From Eledone cirrhosa (taxonomy: Eukaryota), in the NCBI GenBank assembly GCA_964016885.1, contig OZ024744.1, positions 26,784,001 to 26,848,000 of the forward strand: a stretch of 64,000 nucleotides of DNA. Reading direction: 5' to 3'. A model generated the notes under the pieces. The model saw only the letters and a list, made by a program, of their open reading frames with translations. It ran no database searches and had not been told where the DNA came from. The translations under genes and the position numbers were made by a program. This document shows positions 52,601 to 64,000 of the stretch, one piece after another (position 1 is the first letter of the stretch; every line of letters starts with the position of its first letter).

Positions 52601-55600
52601 TGGTGCTAAGAAGAGAGGTAACCTTAGGGCCAGGGACACCAGAAGTCTCCACTGCTACGGCTAGGCATCTCAGTGCATGTGGTGGTAAGTAGGGAGGTAA
52701 CCTTAGGGCCAGGGACAGCAGAAGTCTCCACTGCTACCGCTAGGCATCTCAGTGCATGAGGTGGTAAGAAGGGAGGTAACCTTAGGGCCAGGGCCACCAA
52801 AGTCTCCACTGCTACGGCTAGGCATCTCAGTGCATGTGGTGGTAAGAAGGGAGGTAACCTTCGGGCCAGGGACACCAGAAGTCTCCACTGCTACGGCTAG
52901 GCATCTCAGTGCATGTGGTGGTAAGAAGGAAGTAACGTCAGGGCCAAGGACACCAGAAGTCTCCACTGCTACGACTAGGCATCTCAGTGCATGTGGTGGT
53001 AAGAAGGGAGGTAACCTGAGGGCCAGGGACACCAGACGTCTCCACTGTTACGGGTAGGCATCTCAGTGCATGTGTTGCTAAGAAGGGAGGTAACCTTAGG
53101 GCCAGGGACAGCAGAAGTCTCCACTGCTACCGCTAGGCATCTCAGTGCATGTGGTGGTAAGAAGGGAGGTAACCTGAGGGCCAGGGACACCAGACGTCTC
53201 CACTGTTACGGGTAGGCATCTCAGTGCATGTGGTGGTAAGAAGGGAGGTAACCTTAGGGCCAAGGACACCAGAAATCTCCACTGTTACGGCTAGGCATCT
53301 CAGTGCATGTGGTGGTAAGAAAGGAAGTAACCTTTGGGCCAAGGACACCAGAAGTCTCCACTGTTACGGCTAGGCATCTCAGTGCATGTGGTGGTAAGAA
53401 GGGAGGTAACCTTAGGGCCAGGGACACCAGAAGTCTCCACTGCTACGGCTAGGCATCTCAGTGCATGTGGTGGTAAGAAGGAAGTAACCTTAGGGCCAAG
53501 GACACCAGAAGTCTCCACTGTTACGGCTAGGCATCTCAGTGCATGTGGTGGTAAGAAGGGAGGCAACCTTAGGGCCAGGGACACCAGAAGTCTCCACTGT
53601 TACGGCTAGGCATCTCAGTGCATGTGGTGCTAAGAAGGGAGTTAACCTTAGGGCCAGGGACACCAGAAGTCTCCACTGCTACGGCTAGGCATCTCAGTGC
53701 ATGTGGTGGTAAGAAGGGAGGTAACCTTAGGGCCAGGGACAGCAGAAGTCTCCACTGCTACCGCTAGGCATCTCAGTGCATGTGGTGGTAAGAAGGGAGG
53801 TAACCTTAGGGCCAGGGACACCAGACGTCTCCACTGCTACCGCTAGGCATCTCAGTGGATGTGGTGGTAAGAAGGGAGGTAACCTTAGGGCCAGGGACAC
53901 CAGAAGTCTCCACTGTTACGGCTAGGCATCTCAGTGCATGTGGTGCTAAGAAGAGAGGTAACCTTAGGGCCAGGGACACCAGAAGTCTCCACTGCTACGG
54001 CTAGGCATCTCAGTGCATGTGGTGGTAAGAAGGGAGGTAACCTGAGGGCCAGGGACACCAGACGTCTCCACTGTTACGGGTAGGCATCTCAGTGCATGTG
54101 TTGCTAAGAAGGGAGGTAACCTTAGGGCCAGGGACAGCAGAAGTCTCCACTGCTACCGCTAGGCATCTCAGTGCATGTGGTGGTAAGAAGGTAGGTAACC
54201 TGAGGGCCAGGGACACCAGACGTCTCCACTGTTACGGGTAGGCATCTCAGTGCATGTGGTGGTAAGAAGGGAGGTAACCTTAGGGCCAAGGACACCAGAA
54301 ATCTCCACTGTTACGGCTAGGCATCTCAGTGCATGTGGTGGTAAGAAAGGAAGTAACCTTTGGGCCAAGGACACCAGAAGTCTCCACTGTTACGGCTAGG
54401 CATCTCAGTGCATGTGGTGGTAAGAAGGGAGGTAACCTTAGGGCAGGGACACCAGAAGTCTCCACTGCTACGGCTAGGCATCTCAGTGCATGTGGTGGTA
54501 AGAAGGAAGTAACCTTAGGGCCAAGGACACCAGAAGTCTCCACTGTTACGGCTAGGCATCTCAGTGCATGTGGTGGTAAGAAGGGAGGCAACCTTAGGGC
54601 CAGGGACACCAGAAGTCTCCACTGTTACGGCTAGGCATCTCAGTGCATGTGGTGCTAAGAAGGGAGTTAACCTTAGGGCCAGGGACACCAGAAGTCTCCA
54701 CTTCTACGGCTAGGCATCTCAGTGCATGTGGTGGTAAGAAGGGAGGTAACCTTAGGGCCAGGGACAGCAGAAGTCTCCACTGCTACCGTTAGGCATCTCA
54801 GTGCATGTGGTGATAAGAAGGGAGGTAACCTTAGGGCCAGGGACACCAGACGTCTCCACTCTTACGGGTAGGCATCTCAGTGCATGTGGTGGTAAGAAAG
54901 GAAGTAACCTTTGGGCCAAGGACACCAGAAGTCTCCACTGTTACGGCTAGGCATCTCAGTGCATGTGGTGGTAAGAAGGGAGGTAACCTTAGGGCCAGGG
55001 ACACCAGAAGTCTCCACTGTTACGGCTAGGCATCTCAGTGCATGTGGTGGTAAGAAGGAAGTAACCTTAGGGCCAAGGACACCAGAAGTCTCCACTGTTA
55101 CGGCTAGGCATCTCAGTGCATGTGGTGGTAAGAAGGGAGGTAACCTTAGGACCAGGGACACCAGAAGACTCCACTGCTACGGCTAGGCATCTCAGTGCAT
55201 GTGGTGGTAAGAAGGAAGTAACCTTAGGGCCAGGGACACCAGAAGTCTCCACTGCTACGGCTAGACATCTCAGTGCATGTGGTGGTAAGAAGGGAGGTAA
55301 CCTTAAGGCCAGGGACACCAGAAGACTCCACTGTTACGGCTAGGCATCTCAGTGCATGTGGTGGTAAGTATGGAGGTAACCTTAGGGCCAAGGACACCAG
55401 AAATCTCCAATGTTACGGCTAGGCATCTCAGTGCATGTGGTGGTAAGAAAGGAAGTAACCTTTGGGCCAAGGAATCCAGAAGTCTCCACTGTTACGGCTA
55501 GGCATCTCAGTGCATGTGGTGGTAAGAAGGGAGGTAACCTCAGGGCCAGGGACACCAGAAGTCTCTACTGCTACGGCTAGGCATCTCAGTGCATGTGGTG

Positions 55601-58600
55601 GTAAGAAGGAAGTAACCTTAGGGCCAAGGACACCAGAAGTCTCCACTGTTACGGCTAGGCATCTCAGTGCATGTGGTGGTAAGAAGGGAGGTAACCTTAG
55701 GGCCAAGGACACCAGAAGTCTTCACTGTTACGGCTAGGCATGTCAGTGCATGTGGTGGTAAGAAGGGAGGTAACCTCAGGGCCAGGGACACCAGAAGTCT
55801 CTACTGCTACGGCTAGGCATCTCAGTGCATGTGGTGGTAAGAAGGAAGTAACCTTAGGGCCAAGGACACCAGAAGTTTCCACTGTTACGGCTAGGCATCT
55901 CAGTGCATGTGGTGGTAAGAAGGGAGGTAACCTTAGGGCCAAGGACACCAGAAGTCTTCACTGTTACGGCTAGGCATGTCAGTGCATGTGGTGGTAAGAA
56001 GGGTGGTAACCTTAGTGCCAGGGACACCAGAAGTCTCCACTGTTACGGCTAGGCATCTCAGTGCATATGGTTGTAAGAAAGGAGGTTAACTTAGGGCCAG
56101 GGACACCAGACGTCTCCACTGTTACGGCTAGGCATCTCAGTGCATGTGGTGGTAAGAAGGGAGGTAACCTTAGGGCCAGGGACAGCAGAAGTCTCCACTG
56201 CTACCGCTAGGCATCTCAGTGCATGAGGTGGTAAGAAGGGAGGTAACCTTAGGGCCAGGGACACCAAAGTCTCCACTGCTACGGCTAGGCATCTCAGTGC
56301 ATGTGGTGGTAAGAAGGGAGGTAACCTTCGGGCCAGGGACACCAGAAGTCTCCACTGCTACGGCTAGGCATCTCAGTGCATGTGGTGGTAAGAAGGAAGT
56401 AACCTCAGGGCCAAGGACACCAGAAGTCTCCACTGCTACGACTAGGCATCTCAGTGCATGTGGTGGTAAGAAGGGAGGTAACCTGAGGGCCAGGGACACC
56501 AGACGTCTCCACTGTTACGGGTAGGCATCTCAGTGCATGTGTTGCTAAGAAGGGAGGTAACCTTAGGGCCAGGGACAGCAGAAGTTTCCACTGCTACCGC
56601 TAGGCATCTCAGTGCATGTGGTGGTAAGAAGGGAGGTAACCTGAGGGCCAGGGACACCAGACGTCTCCACTGTTACGGGTAGGCATCTCAGTGCATGTGG
56701 TGGTAAGAAGGGAGGTAACCTTAGGGCCAAGGACACCAGAAATCTCCACTGTTACGGCTAGGCATCTCAGTGCATGTGGTGGTAAGAAAGGAAGTAACCT
56801 TTGGGCCAAGGACACCAGAAGTCTCCACTGTTACGGCTAGGCATCTCAGTGCATGTGGTGGTAAGAAGGGAGGTAACCTTAGGGCCAGGGACACCAGAAG
56901 TCTCCACTGCTACGGCTAGGCATCTCAGTGCATGTGGTGGTAAGAAGGAAGTAACCTTAGGGCCAAGGACACCAGAAGTCTCCACTGTTACGGCTAGGCA
57001 TCTCAGTGCATGTGGTGGTAAGAAGGGAGGCAACCTTAGGGCCAGGGACACCAGAAGTCTCCACTGTTACGGCTAGGCATCTCAGTGCATGTGGTGCTAA
57101 GAAGGGAGTTAACCTTAGGGCCAGGGACACCAGAAGTCTCCACTGCTACGGCTAGGCATCTCAGTGCATGTGGTGGTAAGAAGGGAGGTAACCTTAGGGC
57201 CAGGGACAGCAGAAGTCTCCACTGCTACCGCTAGGCATCTCAGTGCATGTGGTGGTAAGAAGGGAGGTAACCTTAGGGCCAGGGACACCAGACGTCTCCA
57301 CTCTTACGGGTAGGCATCTCAGTGCATGTGGTGGTAAGAAAGGAAGTAACCTTTGGGCCAAGGACACCAGAAGTCTCCACTGTTACGGCTAGGCATCTCA
57401 GTGCATGTGGTGGTAAGAAGGGAGGTAACCTTAGGGCCAGGGACACCAGAAGTCTCCACTGCTACGGCTAGGCATCTCAGTGCATGTGGTGGTAAGAAGG
57501 AAGTAACCTTAGGGCCAAGGACACCAGAAGTCTCCACTGTTACGGCTAGGCATCTCAGTGCATGTGGTGGTAAGAAGGGAGGTAACCTTAGGGCCAGGGA
57601 CACCAGAAGACTCCACTGCTACGGCTAGGCATCTCAGTGCATGTGGTGGTAAGAAGGAAGTAACCTTAGGGCCAGGGACACCAGAAGTCTCCACTGCTAC
57701 GGCTAGACATCTCAGTGCATGTGGTGGTAAGAAGGGAGGTAACCTTAAGGCCAGGGACACCAGAAGACTCCACTGTTACGGCTAGGCATCTCAGTGCATG
57801 TGGTGGTAAGTATGGAGGTAACCTTAGGGCCAAGGACACCAGAAATCTCCAATGTTACGGCTAGGCATCTCAGTGCATGTGGTGGTAAGAAATGAAGTAA
57901 CCTTTGGGCCAAGGACTCCAGAAGTCTCCACTGTTACGGCTAGGCATCTCAGTGCATGTGGTGGTAAGAAGGGAGGTAACCTCAGGGCCAGGGACACCAG
58001 AAGTCTCTACTGCTACGGCTAGGCATCTCAGTGCATGTGGTGGTAAGAAGGAAGTAACCTTAGGGCCAAGGACACCAGAAGTCTCCACTGTTACGGCTAG
58101 GCATCTCAGTGCATGTGGTGGTAAGAAGGGAGGTAACCTTAGGTCCAAGGACACCAGAAGTCTTCACTGTTACGGCTAGGCATGTCAGTGCATGTGGTGG
58201 TAAGAAGGGTGGTAACCTTAGTGCCAGGGACACCAGAAGTCTCCACTGTTACGGCTAGGCATCTCAGTGCATATGGTTGTAAGAAAGGAGGTAAACTTAG
58301 GGCCAGCGACACCAGAAGTCTCCACTGTTACGACTAGGCATCTCAGTGGATGTGGTGGTAAGAAGGGAGGTAACCTTAGGGCCAGGGACACCAGAAGTCT
58401 CCACTGTTACGGCTAGGCATCTCAGTGCATGTGGTGCTAAAAAGGGAGGTAACCTTAGGGCCAGGGACACCAGAAGTCTCCACTGCTAAGGCTAGGCATC
58501 TCAGTGCATGTGGTGGTAAGAAGGGAGGTAACCTTAGGGCCAGGGACAACAGAAGTCTCCACTGCTACCGCTAGGCATCTCAGTGCATGAGGTGGTAAGA

Positions 58601-61600
58601 AGGGAGGTAACCTTAGGGCCAGGGACACCAAAGTCTCCACTGCTACGGCTAGGCTTCTCAGTGCATGTGGTGGTAAGAAGGGATGTAACCTTCGGGCCAG
58701 GGACACCAGAAGTCTCCACTGCTACGGCTAGGCATCTCAGTGCATGTGGTGGTAAGAAGGAAGTAACCTCAGGGCCAAGGACACCAGAAGTCTCCACTGC
58801 TACGACTAGGCATCTCAGTGCATGTGGTGGTAAGAAGGGAGGTAACCTGAGGGCCGGGGACACCAGACGTCTCCACTGTTACGGGTAGGCATCTCAGTGC
58901 ATGTGTTGCTAAGAAGGGAGGTAACCTTAGGGCCAGGGACAGCAGAAGTCTCCACTGCTACCGCTAGGCATCTCAGTGCATGTGGTGGTAAGAAGGGAGG
59001 TAACCTGAGGGCCAGGGACACCAGACGTCTCCACTGCTACGGCTAGACATCTCAGTGCATGTGGTGGTAAGAAGGAAGTAACCTTAGGGCCAAGGACACC
59101 AGAAGTCTCCACTGTTACGGCTAGGCATCTCAGTGCATGTGGTGGTAAGAAGGGAGGTAACCTCAGGGCCAGGGACACCAGAAGTATCCACTGCTACGGC
59201 TAGGCATCTCAGTGCATGTGGTGGTAAGAAGGAAGTAACCTTAGGGCCAAGGACACCAGAAGTCTCCACTGTTACGGCTAGGCATCTCAGTGCATGTGGT
59301 GGTAAGAAGGGAGGTAACCTTAGGGCCAGGGACACCAGAAGTCTCCACTGCTACGGCTAGGCATCTCAGTGCATGTGGTGGTAAGAAGGAAGGAACCGTA
59401 GGGCCAAGGACACCAGAAGTCTCCACTCTTACGGCTAGGCATCTCAGTGCATGTAGTTGTAAGAAGGGAAGTAACCTTAGGGCCAGGGACACCAGAAGTC
59501 TCCACTGCTACGGCTAGGCATCTCAGTGCATGTGGTGGTAAGAAGGAAGTAACCTTAGGGCCAGGGACACCAGAAGTCTCCACTGCTACGGCTAGACATC
59601 TCAGTGCATGTGGTGGTAAGAAGGGAGGTAACCTAAGGGCCAGGGACACCAGAAGTCTCCACTGTTACGGCTAGGCATCTCAGTGCTAGTGGTGGTAAGA
59701 AGGGAGGTAACCTTAGGGCCAGGGACACCAGAAGTCTCCACTGTTACGGCTAGGCATGTCAGTGCATGAGGTGGTAAGAAGGGTGGTAACCTTAGGGCCA
59801 GGGACACCAAAAGTCTCCACTGCTACGGCTAGGCATCTCAGTGCATGTGGTGGTAAGAAGGGAGGTAACTTTAGGGCCAGGGACACCAGAAGTCTCCACT
59901 GCTACGGCTAGGCATCTCAGTGCATGTGGTGGTAAGAAGGAAGTAACCTCAGGGCCAAGGACACCAAAAGTCTCCACTGTTACGGCTAGGCATCTCAGTG
60001 CATGTGGTGGTAAGAAGGAAGTAACCTCAGGGCCAAGGACACCAGAAGTCTCCACTGCTACGACTAGGCATCTCAGTGCATGTGGTGGTAAGAAGGGAGG
60101 TAACCTTAGGGCCAGGGACACCAGACGTCTCCACTGTTACGGGTAGGCATCTCAGTGCATGTGTTGCTAAGAAGTGAGGTAACCTTAGGGCCAGGGACAG
60201 CAGAAGTCTCCACTGCTACCGCTAGGCATCTCAGTGCATGTGGTGGTAAGAAGGTAGGTAACCTGAGGGCCAGGGACACCAGACGTCTCCACTGCTACGG
60301 CTAGGCATCTCAGTGCATGTGGTGGTAAGAAGGAAGTAACCTTAGGGCCAAGGACACCAGAAGTCTCCACTGTTACGGCTAGGCATCTCAGTGCATGTGG
60401 TGGTAAGAAGGGAGGTAACCTTAGGGCCAGGGACACCAGAAGTCTCCACTGCTACGGCTAGGCATCTCAGTGCATGTGGTGGTAAGAAGGAAGTAACCTT
60501 AGGGCCAGGGACACCAGAAGTCTCCACTGCTACGGCTAGACATCTCAGTGCATGTGGTGGTAAGAAGGGAGGTAACCTAAAGGCCAGGGACACCAGAAGT
60601 CTCCACTGTTACGGCTAGGCATCTCAGTGCTAGTGGTGGTAAGAAGGGAGGTAACCTTAGGGCCAGGGACACCAGAAGTCTCCACTGTTACGGCTAGGCA
60701 TGTCAGTGCATGAGGTGGTAAGAAGGGTGGTAACTTTAGGGCCAGGGACACCAAAAGTCTCCACTGCTACGGCTAGGCATCTCAGTGCATGTGGTGGTAA
60801 GAAGGGAGGTAACCTTAGGGCCAGGGACACCAGAAGTCTCCACTGCTACGGCTAGGCATCTCAGTGCATGTGGTGGTAAGAAGGAAGTAACCTCAGGGCC
60901 AAGGACACCAAAAGTCTCCACTGTTACGGCTAGGCATCTCAGTGCATGTGGTGGTAAGAAGGGAGGTAACCTTAGGGCCAGGGACACCAGAAGTCTCCAC
61001 TGCTACGGCTAGGCATCTCAGTGCATGTGGTGGTAAGAAGGGAGGTAACCTTAGGGCCAAGGACACCAGAAGTCTCCACTGTTACGGCTAGGCATCTCAG
61101 TGCATGTGGTGGTAAGAAGGGAGGTAACCTTAGGACCAGCGACACCAGAAGTCTCCACTGCTACGACTAGGCATCTCAGTGCATGTGGTGGTAAGAAGGG
61201 AGGTAACCTTAGGGCCAGGGACACCAGAAGTCTCCACTGCTACGACTAGGCATCTCAGTGCATGTGGTGGTAAGAAGGGAGGTAACCTGAGGGCCAGGGA
61301 CACCAGACGTCTCCACTGTTACGGGTAGGCATCTCAGTGCATGTGGTGCTAAGAAGGGAGGTAACCTTAGGGCCAGGGACAGCAGAAGTCTCCACTGCTA
61401 CCTCTAGGCATCTCAGTGCATGTGGTGGTAAGAAGGGAGGTAACCTGAGGGCCAGGGACACCAGACGTCTCCACTGTTACGTCTAGGCGTCTCAGTGCAT
61501 GTGGTGGTAAGAAGGGAGGTAACCTCAGGGCCAGGGACACCAGAAGTCTCTACTGCTACGGCTAGGCATCTCAGTGCATGTGGTGGTAAGAAGGAAGTAA

Positions 61601-64000
61601 CCTTAGGGCCAAGGACACCAGAAGTCTCCACTGTTATGGCTAGGCATCTCAGTGCATGTGGTGGTAAGAAGAGAGGTAACCTTAGGGCCAAGGACACCAG
61701 AAGTCTTCACTGTTACGGCTAGGCATGTCAGTGCATGTGGTGGTAAGAAGGGTGGTAACCTTAGTGCCAGGGACACCAGAAGTCTCCACTGTTACGGCTA
61801 GGCATCTCAGTGCATATGGTTGTAAGAAAGGAGGTAAACTTAGGGCCAGGGACACCAGAAGTCTCCACTGTTACGGCTAGGCATCTCAGTGGATGTGGTG
61901 GTAAGAAGGGAGGTAACCTTAGGGCCAGGGACACCAGAAGTCTCCACTGTTACGGCTAGGCATCTCAGTGCATGTGGTGCTAAGAAGGGAGGTAACCTTA
62001 GGGCCAGGGACACCAGAAGTCTCCACTGCTACGGCTAGGCATCTCAGTGCATGTGGTGGTAAGAAGGGAGGTAACCTGAGGGCCAGGGACACCAGACGTC
62101 TCCACTGTTACGGGTAGGCATCTCAGTGCATGTGGTGGTAACAAGGGAGGTAACCTTAGGGCCAAGGACACCAGAAATCTCCACTGTTGCGGCTAGGCAT
62201 CTCAGTGCATGTGGTGGTAAGAAAGGAAGTAACCTTTGGGCCAAGGACACCAGAAGTCTCCACTGTTACGGCTAGGCATCTCAGTGCATGTGGTGGTAAG
62301 AAGGGAGGTAACCTTAGGGCCAGGGACACCAGAAGTCTCCACTGCTACGGCTAGGCATCTCAGTGCATGTGGTGGTAAGAAGGAAGTAACCTTAGGGCCA
62401 AGGACACCAGAAGTCTCCACTGTTACGGCTAGGCATCTCAGTGCATGTGGTGGTAAGAAGGGAGGCAACCTTAGGGCCAGGGACACCAGAAGTCTCCACT
62501 GTTACGGCTAGGCATCTCAGTGCATGTGGTGCTAAGAAGGGAGTTAACCTTAGGGCCAGGGACACCAGAAGTCTCCACTGCTACGGCTAGGCATCTCAGT
62601 GCATGTGGTGGTAAGAAGGGAGGTAACCTTAGAGCCAGGGACAGCAGAAGTCTCCACTGCTACCGCTAGGCATCTCAGTGCATGTGGTGGTAAGAAGGGA
62701 GGTAACCTTAGGGCCAGGGACACCAGACGTCTCCAATGTTACGGCTAGGCATCTCAGTGCATGTGGTGGTAAGAAATGAAGTAACCTTTGGGCCAAGGAC
62801 TCCAGAAGTCTCCACTGTTACGGCTAGGCATCTCAGTGCATGTGGTGGTAAGAAGGGAGGTAACCTCAGGGCCAGGGACACCAGAAGTCTCTACTGCTAC
62901 GGCTAGGCATCTCAGTGCATGTGGTGGTAAGAAGGAAGTAACCTTAGGGCCAAGGACACCAGAAGTCTCCACTGTTACGGCTAGGCATCTCAGTGCATGT
63001 GGTGGTAAGAAGGGAGGTAACCTTAGGGCCAAGGACACCAGAAGTCTTCACTGTTACGGCTAGGCATGTCAGTGCATGTGGTGGTAAGAAGGGTGGTAAC
63101 CTTAGTGCCAGGGACACCAGAAGTCTCCACTGTTACGGCTAGGCATCTCAGTGCATATGGTTGTAAGAAAGGAGGTAAACTTAGGGCCAGCGACACCAGA
63201 AGTCTCCACTGTTACGACTAGGCATCTCAGTGGATGTGGTGGTAAGAAGGGAGGTAACCTTAGGGCCAGGGACACCAGAAGTCTCCACTGTTACGGCTAG
63301 GCATCTCAGTGCATGTGGTGCTAAAAAGGGAGGTAACCTTAGGGCCAGGGACACCAGAAGTCTCCACTGCTAAGGCTAGGCATCTCAGTGCATGTGGTGG
63401 TAAGAAGGGAGGTAACCTTAGGGCCAGGGACAACAGAAGTCTCCACTGCTACCGCTAGGCATCTCAGTGCATGAGGTGGTAAGAAGGGAGGTAACCTTAG
63501 GGCCAGGGACACCAAAGTCTCCACTGCTACGGCTAGGCTTCTCAGTGCATGTGGTGGTAAGAAGGGATGTAACCTTCGGGCCAGGGACACCAGGAGTCTC
63601 CACTGCTACGGCTAGGCATCTCAGTGCATGTGGTGGTAAGAAGGAAGTAACCTCAGGGCCAAGGACACCAGAAGTCTCCACTGCTACGACTAGGCATCTC
63701 AGTGCATGTGGTGGTAAGAAGGGAGGTAACCTGAGGGCCAGGGACACCAGACGTCTCCACTGTTACGGGTAGGCATCTCAGTGCATGTGTTGCTAAGAAG
63801 GGAGGTAACCTTAGGGCCAGGGACAGCAGAAGTCTCCACTGCTACCGCTAGGCATCTCAGTGCATGTGGTGGTAAGAAGGGAGGTAACCTGAGGGCCAGG
63901 GACACCAGACGTCTCCACTGCTACGGCTAGGCATCTCAGTGCATGTGGTGGTAAGAAGGAAGTAACCTTAGGGCCAAGGACACCAGAAGTCTCCACTGTT
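25698..64000. repeat. 79-bp satellite array (>38 kb, about 485 monomers, runs off the window end)
   Basis: Consensus GGCTAGGCATCTCAGTGCATGTGGTGGTAAGAAGGGAGGTAACCTTAGGGCCAGGGACACCAGAAGTCTCCACTGYTAC, head-to-tail, single orientation, with 78-bp variants and no visible TE insertions. Confidence 0.99.
36803..56357. repeat. 9,767-bp tandem duplication within the satellite
   Basis: Every ORF-track entry from 37266 to 46324 recurs with identical translation at +9767 (47033 to 56091); rare monomer variants recur at the same offset. Confidence 0.93.

Noticed and set aside
25698-64000. Hundreds of short ORFs (MSLALRLPPFLPPHALRC..., MHVVVRREVTLGPG...)
   Set aside because: Translation artefacts of a 79-bp unit (not a multiple of 3) with recurrent stops.
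25698-64000. Satellite as a CRISPR array, tRNA cluster or ribozyme-bearing satellite
   Set aside because: No unique spacers or cas genes; no cloverleaf or B-box; I could not fit a hammerhead, HDV-like or twister fold on either strand by eye.

Overview
Eukaryotic, gene-poor, repeat-saturated window; a Nin-domain-type tRNA SINE plus the TE mix suggests a mollusc, probably an octopod cephalopod (inference). Bases 1-25.6 kb are a nest of decayed mobile elements among (TA)n and (TAA)n microsatellites. They include two 5'-truncated R4/Dong-type RLE retrotransposons, a Tx1/L1-type LINE plus a paralogous RT fragment, three kinds of Penelope-like element (PLE) fragments, a non-autonomous Helitron, a SINE and a possible LTR/PBS remnant. 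Bases ~25.7-64 kb are one uninterrupted 79-bp satellite (one TTAGGG per monomer) with layered higher-order duplications, including a 9,767-bp tandem duplication. The most interesting signal is a set of at least six hammerhead-ribozyme folds. One lies in the 3' UTR of a GIY-YIG PLE and the rest lie in small non-coding retrozyme-like elements with inverted-plus-direct repeat architecture, inserted in microsatellites. Several have greatly extended stem II, and one carries the compensatory U3:A8 core (UUGAGAA instead of CUGANGA). All folds were read by eye and none is experimentally tested. No intact host gene, rRNA, tRNA or CRISPR array was found.
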